Positions 1 through 9,491 of a stretch of DNA of 64,000 bases are shown here, one piece after another. Location of the stretch: NCBI GenBank assembly GCA_012839765.1, contig DUMW01000031.1:11829-75828 (forward strand), read 5' to 3'. The translations under genes and the position numbers were made by a program. The notes below the pieces were generated by a model that worked only from the letters and a program-made list of their open reading frames with translations, made no database searches and was not told where the DNA came from. This DNA is from Bacillota bacterium. Its GTDB lineage: Bacteria; Bacillota; Limnochordia; DUMW01. The stretch's first letter is position 1, and the number at the start of each line of letters is the position of its first letter.

Positions 1-88
1 CACCAGGTTCATGGTTGAGACAACGTATTCGGGGTCTACCGCGGTTTTCGCTTCCCAACTTCACTGTTTACCCCCAAAGGACTTCAAA

Positions 89-117
89 TTGTAATCACTT
101 AACCCCTATGATATAAT
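89..117 (+). promoter_or_regulatory. sigmaA-type promoter of ftsH
   Basis: TTGTAA(89-94)-17 bp-TATAAT(112-117) with extended -10 TG at 109-110. Confidence 0.75.
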
Positions 118-190
118 AGCTGGGAATAAGGAGAAATGTGTTCCTCCTTCACCCATTGTGCCGGTGTTATCACCGAAGGGAGGGTATTTT

Positions 191-2134
191 TTGAATAGGT
201 TTCTAAGAGGTTTGAGCGTATACCTCTTAATTGCGATTGTAGCCGTCTTCATGGTGAATATGTTCTACAGCGATCCTACCACCGTGCGCGAGGTAGGGTA
301 TAGCGAGTTTCTGGACTATGCGGCTGCGGGACAAATCGAATCGGCCCGGGTAATTGGCAGTCAACGGGTCGAAGGAAAGCTGTGGGATGGTTCCGTGATT
401 TTTGCGGAGATTCCCTATGGTACTCAGAATCTGGCGGACAGACTCTATGAATTGGGAATCAGTGTCAGTGCTGAACCGGAAAAGGACCGGGCGTGGTGGT
501 GGTCCTTGTTGCCCACGGTCTTCACCATCGTAGTGGTCGTGGTGCTTTGGATTTTCTTGATTAACCAGATGCAAGGTAGCGGCAACAAGGCCATGTCCTT
601 TGGGAAAAGTCGGGCGAGAATGTATTCGGAAGAAAAAAGCCGCGTTACCTTTGATGATGTGGCTGGCTTGGATGAGGCCAAGCAGGAATTGATGGAGATA
701 GTTGAGTTTTTGAAGCACCCGAAGAAGTTTGTGGAGCTGGGGGCGAAGATCCCCAAGGGTGTGCTGTTGGTTGGTCCCCCTGGCACGGGGAAAACCTTGT
801 TGGCTCGGGCGGTGGCCCGAGAAGCGGGGGTACCCTTCTTCAGTATTAGTGGTTCAGATTTCGTAGAGATGTTCGTTGGTGTGGGCGCCGCCCGGGTGCG
901 GGATCTTTTTGATAACGCCAAGAAAAACAGTCCCTGTATCGTGTTCATCGACGAATTGGATGCGGTGGGCCGGCAGCGGGGAACGGGGCTTGGTGGGGGC
1001 CATGATGAGCGGGAGCAGACCCTCAACCAGCTGTTGGTGGAGATGGACGGTTTTGAGTCCAACACAGGGATTATTGTGATGGCCGCAACTAACCGTCCAG
1101 ATGTGTTGGATCCTGCCTTGTTGCGCCCAGGACGTTTCGACCGCCGCGTGGTGGCGGATGTTCCCGATGTGCGCGGTCGGGAAGAGATCTTGAAGATTCA
1201 TGCCCGGGGTAAGCCCATGGGCAAAGATGTCGATCTGCGGGTTCTGGCTAAGCGGACGCCCTATTTCTCCGGCGCGGATCTGGCTAATCTGATGAACGAA
1301 GCTGCCATTTTGGCCGCCCGTAAGGGTCAGCGGGTCGTTACCATGGCCGAATGTGAAGAGGCCATTGACCGTGTGCTGATGGGGCCGGAACATCGCAAAC
1401 GGGTTCTCAGTGACAAGGACAAGCTGGTTTTTGCTTATCACGAGGCTGGTCATGCATTACTGGCCCATTACTTGCCCCATGCAGACCCTGTCTACAAAGT
1501 AACCATTATAGGACGGGGACGAACCGGTGGGCATACGGCTACTTTGCCGGTGGAGGAACGCTACGTCACCACCAAGTCGGAACTGCTAGATGAATTGGCG
1601 GTTCTTTTGGGGGGCCGGGCTGCGGAGGAATTGGCCTTCGACGGTGAGGTCAGTACCGGAGCCCAGAATGACCTGGAACGGGTTACGAAGTTGGCACGTA
1701 AGATGGTTACTGAGTGGGGTATGAGTGAGACCCTAGGCCCGTTGACCTTCGGACGTCGGGATGAGACCCAGGTGTTCCTAGGCCGAGACCTTGGTCGGGA
1801 TCGGGACTACAGTGAGAGTGTGGCAGCGCAAATCGACCGGGAAGTCAGAACCTTTGTGGAAGGAGCCCATAAGCAGGCTACTGAGGTTTTGGCGCAGCAC
1901 CGGGAAGAACTAGATAAAGTGGTGGAGGCCCTGCTAGAGCGGGAGACCCTCAACCGGCACGAGTTCGAATTGGCCTTGAAGTATGGTGCCAATATACCGG
2001 AGGAGGAACTGCAAAAGCGCTCTGCGGAAGAAAAGGAAAGCGCGCCCGAAGTGACGACCAAGGCCACCGGGGATTCTAAGGACGACACGCCTGTCCTGCA
2101 AAGAAAGCACTCCCCGGCGGTGGAGGCAGAATAG
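191..2134 (+). CDS. ftsH: ATP-dependent zinc metalloprotease FtsH
   Basis: Two N-terminal TM segments, Walker A GPPGTGKT, Walker B IFIDELD, SRH region, HEAGH zinc motif. TTG start at 191 chosen after GGGAGGG RBS (ORF track starts at 158). Confidence 0.97.
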   Translation: MNRFLRGLSVYLLIAIVAVFMVNMFYSDPTTVREVGYSEFLDYAAAGQIESARVIGSQRVEGKLWDGSVIFAEIPYGTQNLADRLYELGISVSAEPEKDRAWWWSLLPTVFTIVVVVVLWIFLINQMQGSGNKAMSFGKSRARMYSEEKSRVTFDDVAGLDEAKQELMEIVEFLKHPKKFVELGAKIPKGVLLVGPPGTGKTLLARAVAREAGVPFFSISGSDFVEMFVGVGAARVRDLFDNAKKNSPCIVFIDELDAVGRQRGTGLGGGHDEREQTLNQLLVEMDGFESNTGIIVMAATNRPDVLDPALLRPGRFDRRVVADVPDVRGREEILKIHARGKPMGKDVDLRVLAKRTPYFSGADLANLMNEAAILAARKGQRVVTMAECEEAIDRVLMGPEHRKRVLSDKDKLVFAYHEAGHALLAHYLPHADPVYKVTIIGRGRTGGHTATLPVEERYVTTKSELLDELAVLLGGRAAEELAFDGEVSTGAQNDLERVTKLARKMVTEWGMSETLGPLTFGRRDETQVFLGRDLGRDRDYSESVAAQIDREVRTFVEGAHKQATEVLAQHREELDKVVEALLERETLNRHEFELALKYGANIPEEELQKRSAEEKESAPEVTTKATGDSKDDTPVLQRKHSPAVEAE

Positions 2135-2198
2135 AGCATAACAGACAGGATATGGGGAAGAATAGTCCTGCTGGGACTACACTTCAAGGAGGAGTAGC

Positions 2199-2573
2199 AT
2201 GGCCAGCGATCGAATCAGGCTGAACAACATGGTGTTTTACGGCTATCACGGTGCCTTTTCGGCCGAAAAGGAGCTAGGGCAAAGGGTCGAGGTTGACCTG
2301 GAACTGGTCTTGGATCTGGCGACCACCGGCAAAACCGATGATCCCGAATTGTCGGTGAATTACGTGGATATTTACACCATTGTTAAGGATTTAGTGGAAG
2401 AAGGAGACTTCAACCTATTGGAGGCCTTAGCGGAGAGTATCGCCGACGCTGTGTTCGACGCTTTTGGCATTGACGAGGTCGTGGTCAGAGTGCGCAAGCC
2501 CCAGCCTCCGGTGGGAGGTCTGATGGCTTCCGTTGAAGTGGAGATCGTCCGCAGGCCAGCAGCAGGATTCTAG
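2199..2573 (+). CDS. folB: dihydroneopterin aldolase
   Basis: FYGYHG..EKELGQR, SVNY, LLEALAE, VRVRKP motifs; GGAG RBS. Confidence 0.93.
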   Translation: MASDRIRLNNMVFYGYHGAFSAEKELGQRVEVDLELVLDLATTGKTDDPELSVNYVDIYTIVKDLVEEGDFNLLEALAESIADAVFDAFGIDEVVVRVRKPQPPVGGLMASVEVEIVRRPAAGF

Positions 2574-2608
2574 GATTTCTCCCCATTGTTGACTTTGTGT
2601 TTTGCGAA

Positions 2609-2640
2609 TTAAGCCCATGGGTATCAGCCCATGGGCTTAA
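2609..2640. repeat. perfect 13-bp inverted repeat (possible terminator or operator downstream of folB)
   Basis: TTAAGCCCATGGG-tatcag-CCCATGGGCTTAA. Confidence 0.6.
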
Positions 2641-2782
2641 TTAGTCTACGCATAGGTCGCATCGGACCACCTATGGTAGAGCTTCGTCCTCTTGTCTATG
2701 GCCTGTATGTAGATTACGTAGACCTTTCCCTTCTTCCTTTAGGGGCATGCAAATATGGGTGGGATAGGTCTAATGTCTGTGG

Positions 2783-2823
2783 AAAAAGAAGAAGCCTGCG
2801 GGAGGAAGGCTTCTCCCGCAGGC
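2783..2823 (-). terminator. intrinsic terminator of htrA
   Basis: GCCTGCGGGAGGA/TTCTCCCGCAGGC stem followed on the minus strand by TTCTTCTTTTT. Confidence 0.75.
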
Positions 2824-2829
2824 CAAGGA

Positions 2830-4023
2830 TTACTGGGCTTCTTCCAGGGTGACCGTGACCAGCATGGGAGTACCCTGGCGTTCAATAACCAGAATAACTT
2901 TATCCCCCGGCCGCTTCTTGGCGATATAGTTCACCACATCGTCGTGGGAGGTGATGGGTGTATCATCGATGCGACGGATCACATCGTACACCTTTAGACC
3001 TGCCTTGTCCGCAGGGCTGTTGCGGAACACCGTGGCGATGACGGCTCCTTCCGTGACATCGGTCCCCAGCCAATTGGCAATGTCCTGGGTTAAGGAGGCT
3101 ACTTGTATCCCTAGCCAGGCCCTGGTGACCTTTCCTTCGTTAATCAGCATGTCGAGAACGTCCTTAGCCGTATTGATGGGGATGGCAAAGCCGATCCCTT
3201 GGGCCGTACTATGAATTGCGGTGTTAATCCCGATGACTTCACCCCACACGTTGATCAAAGGTCCACCACTGTTTCCGGGGTTGATGGAGGCATCGGTCTG
3301 CATCAATTCCCGGTAAGTGCGGGTCTGGTTGGTATCGGAATCCTGAATCTGGATGCTCCGTCCCTTGGCACTGATTACTCCCACGGTGAGGGTGTGGTCA
3401 AAGACCTCCCCGTAGGGATTGCCAATGGCGATTACCCAGTCTCCCTGACGGGTGGCGGAGGAGTCGCCCAAAGGGATGGTGGGGAGCTTATCCAGTTCCT
3501 TTGGCTTTTCGATCTTCAGTACCGCTAGATCCAACGTCCAGTCGGAACCGACGAGTTCCGCTGGGATCTCCCCTTTAAACTCGGGGGTGGACAAGGTCAC
3601 CGTAATCTTCTGGTTGTCTCCCTTGTTTCCCACCACGTGCTGATTGGTGAGGATATATCCCTCCTCATTGATGATGAACCCCGTTCCTAGGCGCGGTTGC
3701 CGCTGGGGATTCTGCTGGGGTATGGAGAAGAAGGGAAACCAGAACTGGTCGTAGATGCTCCACTGGGGTTCCTCCCGGGGAAACTCTACACTGATATATA
3801 CCACAGCAGGACTGACGCGTTCGGCAATATTGGCGAAGGTATCGCTCCACAGCGGAATACCGGCTCGGTCAGTATCTGCCGACTGCTCGGAAGCAGCATG
3901 GGAGACATCATTGCGACCGTATTCGGCCAACAGTGGTTCTCTGACCAAAACAGAGAATGCCAGGCCACCTAGTAGAAAGGATACTAACGCGATGACGAGA
4001 AAAGAAGATTTTCGTGTCTGCAT
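2830..4023 (-). CDS. htrA: HtrA/DegP-family serine protease with one PDZ domain
   Basis: N-terminal TM, LTNQHVV (His), DLAVLK (Asp), INPGNSGGP (Ser), C-terminal PDZ; AAGGAGG RBS. Confidence 0.93.
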   Translation of the reverse strand: MQTRKSSFLVIALVSFLLGGLAFSVLVREPLLAEYGRNDVSHAASEQSADTDRAGIPLWSDTFANIAERVSPAVVYISVEFPREEPQWSIYDQFWFPFFSIPQQNPQRQPRLGTGFIINEEGYILTNQHVVGNKGDNQKITVTLSTPEFKGEIPAELVGSDWTLDLAVLKIEKPKELDKLPTIPLGDSSATRQGDWVIAIGNPYGEVFDHTLTVGVISAKGRSIQIQDSDTNQTRTYRELMQTDASINPGNSGGPLINVWGEVIGINTAIHSTAQGIGFAIPINTAKDVLDMLINEGKVTRAWLGIQVASLTQDIANWLGTDVTEGAVIATVFRNSPADKAGLKVYDVIRRIDDTPITSHDDVVNYIAKKRPGDKVILVIERQGTPMLVTVTLEEAQ

Positions 4024-4138
4024 TGAGATTTCCTCCTTTAACGTTGAAAAGAAGGTAGGTGGGTCCTTGATGTCTAAAAATAATTATAATACAAAAAAAC
4101 GAATCCTGCAAAATACATTGCTCCATGGGAGTGACCAT

Positions 4139-5119
4139 ATGAAGGAAAGACTGTTGGAGTACCTGGAGGCCCAGGAGGGCGGCTACGTTAGTGGCGCCGC
4201 TCTTTGTGACCAGCTGGGTATCACCCGCAGTGCCATTTGGAAATGGGTTGAGCAGCTGCGTAAAGATGGTTACAAGATAGAGGCTGTATCTAGCCGAGGT
4301 TACCGCCTCGTGGAAAAACCCGATCGGTTGTATCCTTGGGAGGTGGGCCGGGGACTGGGGACGGAGATCATCGGTACCCGGTTCCACTATGAACCGGTCC
4401 TCGATTCTACCAATACCAAATGTAAGAAATTGGCCCGGGATGGTGCCCCGGAAGGCCTGGTGGTGTTGACGGAAGAGCAACGGGCAGGGAGGGGGCGGCG
4501 GGGCAGGAACTGGGTCTCTCCTCCCTATCTGGGGATTTACTGTTCTGTGTTGCTAAGACCCCAAATCCCCCTGCAGCAAGTAGCCCAAATGTCTTTGATG
4601 ACCGCGGTGGCCCTCCAGGCAGAAATCGAGGGCAGTACCATCAAGTGGCCCAATGATCTTTTGATTGGAGACCGAAAGCTTGGTGGGATCCTGGTGGAGG
4701 TCGATGCGGAGCCGGATTTGGTGAAAGCGGTCATTGTGGGCTTTGGTATCAATGTCAACCAGGAACAGGACCAACTGCTGCTGGACTTACAAAAAACAGC
4801 CACTAGCTTACGCATCAGTCACCAAAGATCCTTTGCCCGCGTAGCCCTTTTGCAGCGGTTGCTGTTGAGTCTGGAAAGAACATACAAAGGCTTTCTAAGC
4901 GAGGGTTTCGGTCCCATTCTGCAACGATGCAAGGCGGTTTGTTCCACTCTCAAGCGGGAAGTGGTGGTCTATAAACCCGGTGGCGACATCCTGCAGGGAA
5001 CGGCCCTGGATATCGCCGCGGATGGGGCCCTCGTTGTCCAGAGCACCACCGGCGGACTTGTGCCTGTATACGCGGGTGAGGTGAGTGTGCGCACCCAGAA
5101 TCAGGCCTTTCTGGAATAA
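4139..5119 (+). CDS. birA: bifunctional biotin operon repressor / biotin-protein ligase (group II)
   Basis: N-terminal wHTH (VSGAALCDQLGITRSAIWK), GRGRRGR, KWPND, KLGGIL. Start ATG 4139; the upstream extension overlaps htrA. Confidence 0.95.
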   Translation: MKERLLEYLEAQEGGYVSGAALCDQLGITRSAIWKWVEQLRKDGYKIEAVSSRGYRLVEKPDRLYPWEVGRGLGTEIIGTRFHYEPVLDSTNTKCKKLARDGAPEGLVVLTEEQRAGRGRRGRNWVSPPYLGIYCSVLLRPQIPLQQVAQMSLMTAVALQAEIEGSTIKWPNDLLIGDRKLGGILVEVDAEPDLVKAVIVGFGINVNQEQDQLLLDLQKTATSLRISHQRSFARVALLQRLLLSLERTYKGFLSEGFGPILQRCKAVCSTLKREVVVYKPGGDILQGTALDIAADGALVVQSTTGGLVPVYAGEVSVRTQNQAFLE

Positions 5120-5129
5120 GAAGTCATAC

Positions 5130-5158
5130 TTGAGAATTATAGGAAATTATCTTATTAT
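5130..5158 (+). promoter_or_regulatory. sigmaA-like promoter of AbrB-family gene
   Basis: TTGAGA-17 bp-TATTAT in an AT-rich stretch. Confidence 0.5.
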
Positions 5159-5197
5159 AGTAAGGAGAGCATTAAGAGTTTCCTTGGGGGATAGGCT

Positions 5198-5569
5198 ATG
5201 GATTCAGTTCGTTATGTGAAGATTACCTCGAAACGACAATTCACCATTCCGAAGGACTTCCACGAGGCTTTGGGATTTGGTGTCAATGCCTGTTGTTACA
5301 TCGAAGGTGGTCGGCTGATCATTGAGCCCGTGAGGACTGCCAGTGCCTATCGCGGGATCATCGAAGACTTGATCAGGGAGCTAGAGGCCGAAGGTTACTC
5401 TGGGGATCAGCTACTTAAGAAGCTAGAAGAGCGGAAGCGGATGGTCGATGAAGCCTTCGTGGAAGCCCTCGCCGAGACCAAGGACCAAGCCGCCGCGGCC
5501 AAAGCGGAAGCGGAATCCGAGGAGATTCTCACCCCTTGGGACGAAGATGAATTTGATATCGAACTGTAA
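5198..5569 (+). CDS. AbrB/MazE/SpoVT-family DNA-binding protein (antitoxin-like)
   Basis: N-terminal KITSKRQFTIPKDF swapped-hairpin signature, acidic C-terminus; GGGGG RBS. Confidence 0.75.
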   Translation: MDSVRYVKITSKRQFTIPKDFHEALGFGVNACCYIEGGRLIIEPVRTASAYRGIIEDLIRELEAEGYSGDQLLKKLEERKRMVDEAFVEALAETKDQAAAAKAEAESEEILTPWDEDEFDIEL

Positions 5570-5571
5570 CT

Positions 5572-5601
5572 ACCTTGAAGAGCGCGGCCTCTTCAAGGTA
5601 T
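5572..5601. terminator. hairpin between convergent AbrB-like gene and thiI
   Basis: TACCTTGAAGAG-cgcggc-CTCTTCAAGGTA perfect 12-bp stem. Confidence 0.6.
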
Positions 5602-6756
5602 ATCAATCAACTCCAAGGTGTCCACGCATTGGTCGATGAGCCCTGCCCAGTCTACTCCTGCCTCGGCCTTTTCCGCGTCTAGAATGCTGGGTTTTGTGCT
5701 GGGATGCTTGGGTACAAAGACGGTACAGCAGTCCTCATAGGGGAGGATGGAGATGTTGTAGGTCCCGATTTCCTGGGCTTTGGTGATGATCTCATGCTTA
5801 TCATAGGTGACCAAAGGACGGATAATCTGCATCGGAATTGCCGAACCAATGGTGTGCATGCTCTCTAGGGTTTGACTGGCCACCTGTCCAATGCTTTCAC
5901 CGGTGATGAGTACTAGGGCTTTGATCCTTTCCGCCAGGCGATGGGCGATCCGCATCATCATGCGTCGCATGATAGTCACCCGCAGGGCCGGAGGACAATG
6001 GACGTGGATGGCCTTCTGGATTTCAGTGAAGTGGGCGATCCACAGCCGCATCCCGTGGTTATAGGGTGCGAGGGCATTGGCCAGTTGGACCACCTTTTCC
6101 TTGGACTGTTCCCCGGTGAAGGGGAAACTATGAAAATGGAGAGCCTCCACCTTCACACCCCTTTTCATGGCCAGCCAGCCGGCCACGGGACTGTCGATGC
6201 CGCCGGACAGAAGCAACAATCCCTTGCCCGTGACTCCTACGGGCAGCCCGCCAGGGCCCGGGAAGCTTTCCAGGAATAAGTACGTGGATTTCTCCCGCAC
6301 CTCGATGCTGAGCCGCAGTTGCGGTTCTGTCAAATTGACTTTTAACCCTTCCACCTTGGGGAGAATATGGGCGGATACTTCCCTGTTGATCTCCATGGAG
6401 TTCAAAGGAAAGGATTTATTTGACCGGCGCGTATCTACTCGGAAGGTGGTGCCGGGGACAGGATTCTGCCTTTGTACCAGCTCCAGACCCGAGGCTTTGA
6501 TTTGTTCCAGATCGTTTTCCGTTTGAAAGACTGGGCTGATGGAGACGATGCCGAAGACGTCTTGTAATCGGCGGATCGCGGTATTGATTTGGCTCAAGCC
6601 GCTGACGAAAATCCGCCCGTAGGTTTTGTGTACCTGCACATTACCCAAATCGGCCAGCCTGGAGCGGATATTGCCCACCAACCGATCTTCAAAAAACCGG
6701 CGGTTGTTCCCCTTCAGACTAATCTCACCATAACGGACCATAATTAGTTCTTCCAT
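5593..6756 (-). CDS. thiI: tRNA 4-thiouridine(8) synthase ThiI
   Basis: RYGEISLKG, THUMP domain, SGGIDS PP-loop, GESIGQVASQT, PYEDCC. Confidence 0.95.
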   Translation of the reverse strand: MEELIMVRYGEISLKGNNRRFFEDRLVGNIRSRLADLGNVQVHKTYGRIFVSGLSQINTAIRRLQDVFGIVSISPVFQTENDLEQIKASGLELVQRQNPVPGTTFRVDTRRSNKSFPLNSMEINREVSAHILPKVEGLKVNLTEPQLRLSIEVREKSTYLFLESFPGPGGLPVGVTGKGLLLLSGGIDSPVAGWLAMKRGVKVEALHFHSFPFTGEQSKEKVVQLANALAPYNHGMRLWIAHFTEIQKAIHVHCPPALRVTIMRRMMMRIAHRLAERIKALVLITGESIGQVASQTLESMHTIGSAIPMQIIRPLVTYDKHEIITKAQEIGTYNISILPYEDCCTVFVPKHPSTKPSILDAEKAEAGVDWAGLIDQCVDTLELIDIP

Positions 6757-6777
6757 GTTCCAGTCTCCTCTGCAAAA

Positions 6778-7938
6778 TCATACGAAATGTACCAGTTCCG
6801 CTAGGGTTTCTTTAATGATCCTGACGGCCCGGGGGATCTCTTCTTCGGTGTTGAGTCGGCCCAGGCTGATCCGACAGGAGCCAGCGATGGCTTCATCGCT
6901 GAAGCCCATAGCCCGCAGCACGTGACTTCCCTGGGCTTTGCGGGAGCTACAGGCTGCTCCGGTGCCGATGTACAATCCCTTGGCTTCCAGATGGTGAAGA
7001 AGCATTTCCCCGGGAAATCCCAGAAAGGACACGTTGAGAATATGGGGTACCGAACACTCCAGGGGTGTATTAATCTGGCAACCAGCAATGTCCTTCAGCT
7101 CTTCCACTAAGCGATTGCGCATCCGAAGAATCCGCTGGGAGCTTACGGCGAGATCCTCTATCGCCAACTTCACGGCCAAGCCCAGGGCATGGATCCCTGG
7201 GACATTCTCCGTGCCGGAACGCAGCTGTCCCTCCTGACCGCCACCGTGGAAGAGGGGGATTAAGTTGAGATCCTGCTTGATCTTTGCGGCCCCTACCCCC
7301 TTTGGTCCATGGATTTTGTGACCGCTGACGGTGAGCAAATCGATCCCTGGAGCCAATTCATTCAAGGGGAGTTTGCCTAGGGCTTGTACCGCATCCACGT
7401 GTAGCAAGGGGCGGGGCGTGGCCTGCTCAAGAAGCCGACAAATGTCCCCGATAGGCTGGATGGCCCCCGTCTCGTTATTGACCCACATAATGCTGACTAA
7501 GATTGTCTCGGGGGTGAGGGCCTTCGCTAACTGCTCCACGTTGACGATACCGGACTGATCCACATCTAGATAGGTAACCTCAAATCCCACCGTCTCCAGG
7601 TATTTGCAAGTTTCCAGCACCGAGGCGTGTTCTATTTTCGTGGTGATCACGTGCTGTCCCAACCGGCGGCGGGCCCAAGCGGCCCCCTTGATACACAGAT
7701 TATTGGCCTCGGTACCCCCGGAGGTGAAGAAGATCTCTTCGGCGGAGCAAGCCAAGGCTAAAGCCAAGCTGCGTCTGGCTTCATTGATAAGGGAGTTGGC
7801 CTTGGTGCCGAGGCGATGGGGAGAAGAGGGGTTTCCATAGTATTCTTCCAAGCAGGAGACCACCGCATCCCTGATGGGAGGGATGACTTTCGTGGTGGCG
7901 CTGTTGTCAAAATAGATTATATCGTTCAAAATGGTCAA
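6778..7938 (-). CDS. cysteine desulfurase (IscS/NifS family), likely sulfur donor for ThiI
   Basis: YFDNSATT, FTSGGTEANN, SGHKIHGPKG (PLP Lys), RSGTEN, GAACSS (catalytic Cys); directly upstream of thiI. Exact TTG start uncertain. Confidence 0.92.
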   Translation of the reverse strand: MTILNDIIYFDNSATTKVIPPIRDAVVSCLEEYYGNPSSPHRLGTKANSLINEARRSLALALACSAEEIFFTSGGTEANNLCIKGAAWARRRLGQHVITTKIEHASVLETCKYLETVGFEVTYLDVDQSGIVNVEQLAKALTPETILVSIMWVNNETGAIQPIGDICRLLEQATPRPLLHVDAVQALGKLPLNELAPGIDLLTVSGHKIHGPKGVGAAKIKQDLNLIPLFHGGGQEGQLRSGTENVPGIHALGLAVKLAIEDLAVSSQRILRMRNRLVEELKDIAGCQINTPLECSVPHILNVSFLGFPGEMLLHHLEAKGLYIGTGAACSSRKAQGSHVLRAMGFSDEAIAGSCRISLGRLNTEEEIPRAVRIIKETLAELVHFV

Positions 7939-8047
7939 GCTCCTCCAGACTCCATAGGTTGCGCGTTGGTTCTATTATGCTCATTCCTTCTTTATTCTAC
8001 CAAGCATCTGGATCTGGAGCAAGCTGGAAGGAACCCAGGGCGCTGGA

Positions 8048-8212
8048 TTACCCGGTTTGCATTTCCAGCTCCCTTAGGGCACGCTTGTAGGCCTGTTCGA
8101 GGACCCGCAGGCCCCTCTCTTTGAAGCGCCCATCTTGATTGGGATCTTCTTGGATCGCTTTCATGGCCTGTTGAAACATAAGTAGGCGAGATTGTTGTTT
8201 GTCCAGTTTCAC
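8048..8212 (-). CDS. small hypothetical protein (54 aa), probably forespore-expressed
   Basis: GGGAGG RBS before GTG at 8212; near-perfect sigG promoter upstream. Confidence 0.6.
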   Translation of the reverse strand: MKLDKQQSRLLMFQQAMKAIQEDPNQDGRFKERGLRVLEQAYKRALRELEMQTG

Positions 8213-8245
8213 GACCGAACCCTCCCGCAATTACTGGTCACTAGC

Positions 8246-8275
8246 TAGTATGTGCAGTTTAGGGGGGAATTATAC
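8246..8275 (-). promoter_or_regulatory. sigmaG-type forespore promoter
   Basis: Minus strand GTATA-18 bp-CATACTA, matching the B. subtilis sigG consensus. Confidence 0.65.
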
Positions 8276-8324
8276 ATAAATGGCAGAAAAAAAGGGTGCT
8301 GCATATATTAATACTGCCCGGGAT

Positions 8325-8354
8325 GTATAGAAATCTTTTTGATGGGAGATTCTG
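8325..8354 (+). promoter_or_regulatory. sigmaF-like promoter of Myb/RsfA-like gene
   Basis: GTATA-15 bp-GGAGATTCTG, one mismatch to GGnnAnAHTR. Confidence 0.4.
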
Positions 8355-8396
8355 TTCTTGCGGGAGTAACTGTATTTACTGGAATGGAGGGTGTAT

Positions 8397-9281
8397 ATGA
8401 GTGTCGAATTAGAAAGCCGTGCCAATCGGAACTATACCGAGGCGGAGGACGCGCTAATCTTAGAATCCTGGTGGAATCTGAAACAAAGGGATGAACTGGT
8501 GCGGCGTCTGGGTAGGAGCAAAGCCGCGGTGGCCCAGCGTTTTTATGCCCTACTTAAGGAGTATCAGATTGATCCTAAGATATATAGAAAACAGATGAAA
8601 CAGAGCAAAAATCGGCGGGAAGTGCTATCTCAGCTTTTGGGCAAGCCCCTACCGGAGTTCACCTGGACCAATGAACTGGAGATGAATCTTTGGCGGTGGG
8701 CCAAACAGGGATTGGATTGGGAGACTATCAGCAGCCGACTGCCAGGAACCACGGCCCAAATGTGCCAGGAGCGTTATGAGGAGCTCATGAAGGAACATGC
8801 ACCGGAGGCTGGCCTCCCGGCGGTACAAGAAGAATACAGTAGTGAGGATTTAATCACCGCCCTGAAGGAATTTCCCAGCCGGGCCTTTGCCCTTGATCAA
8901 CGGATCAAAGTGTTAGAAGCAGAAATGGCCACCTTGCAAGGTAGTGTCACGGAATTGTTGGGGGAGTTTACCCGGGGGTTGACCAATGTCTGTAATCTGT
9001 TTCAGAACCGCGGGCGGGTGCTGAATGAGCTGGAGCGTCTGAAGGAAGAGAATCAGCGGCTGCGGGAGAAAGTGATGGCCCTGGAGGCGAAGCACAACGA
9101 AGAAAAGCAGGAGTTGCGCCGGGTCTACAGCGAGATCGACTTTTGGCTGGGTGAGTTTATGCAGCTGAGAAAGCCCGAGAAGGTGGCTAGCCTCGGTGAG
9201 ATCATGCCGCGGCTTAAGGCATCCTATGAACGCTTTGGAGCCCTCCTGGATATGCAAGAGGAGCGGGCCATGGGATATTAG
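8397..9281 (+). CDS. tandem Myb/SANT-like repeat protein with coiled coil (RsfA-like regulator)
   Basis: YTEAEDALI...LGRSKAAVAQRF and WTNELEMNL...W..I...LPGTTAQMCQERY repeats; heptad-rich C-terminal half; GGAGG RBS before ATG 8397. Confidence 0.65.
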   Translation: MSVELESRANRNYTEAEDALILESWWNLKQRDELVRRLGRSKAAVAQRFYALLKEYQIDPKIYRKQMKQSKNRREVLSQLLGKPLPEFTWTNELEMNLWRWAKQGLDWETISSRLPGTTAQMCQERYEELMKEHAPEAGLPAVQEEYSSEDLITALKEFPSRAFALDQRIKVLEAEMATLQGSVTELLGEFTRGLTNVCNLFQNRGRVLNELERLKEENQRLREKVMALEAKHNEEKQELRRVYSEIDFWLGEFMQLRKPEKVASLGEIMPRLKASYERFGALLDMQEERAMGY

Positions 9282-9299
9282 ACTCCTCCCATGGGATGA

Positions 9300-9330
9300 T
9301 ACAGGCCGGGAAGACGCCTCCCGGCCTGTA
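9300..9330. terminator. hairpin between convergent genes
   Basis: TACAGGCCGGGA-agacgcc-TCCCGGCCTGTA. Confidence 0.65.
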
Positions 9331-9491
9331 CATTCATAGCCACACCCTCCAGCCCTAAACCTTTTCCTAAAGCCTCAGGTTCTTTCCCACCGTCTTCGGC
9401 TCTGTTGATAATGGATGACTCCCCTTTCATCAAAAGACGCTTCCTAAGATATCTTGGGAACCCCTTACGGGGAAACGGGTGTTCTTTGGCA

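Noticed and set aside
3755-4138. 128-aa N-terminal extension of BirA in the ORF track
   Set aside because: It overlaps htrA on the opposite strand; BirA homology begins at ATG 4139.
5448-5639. 63-aa ORF as the toxin partner of the AbrB-like gene
   Set aside because: It overlaps both the AbrB-like gene and thiI, with no RBS or toxin motif.
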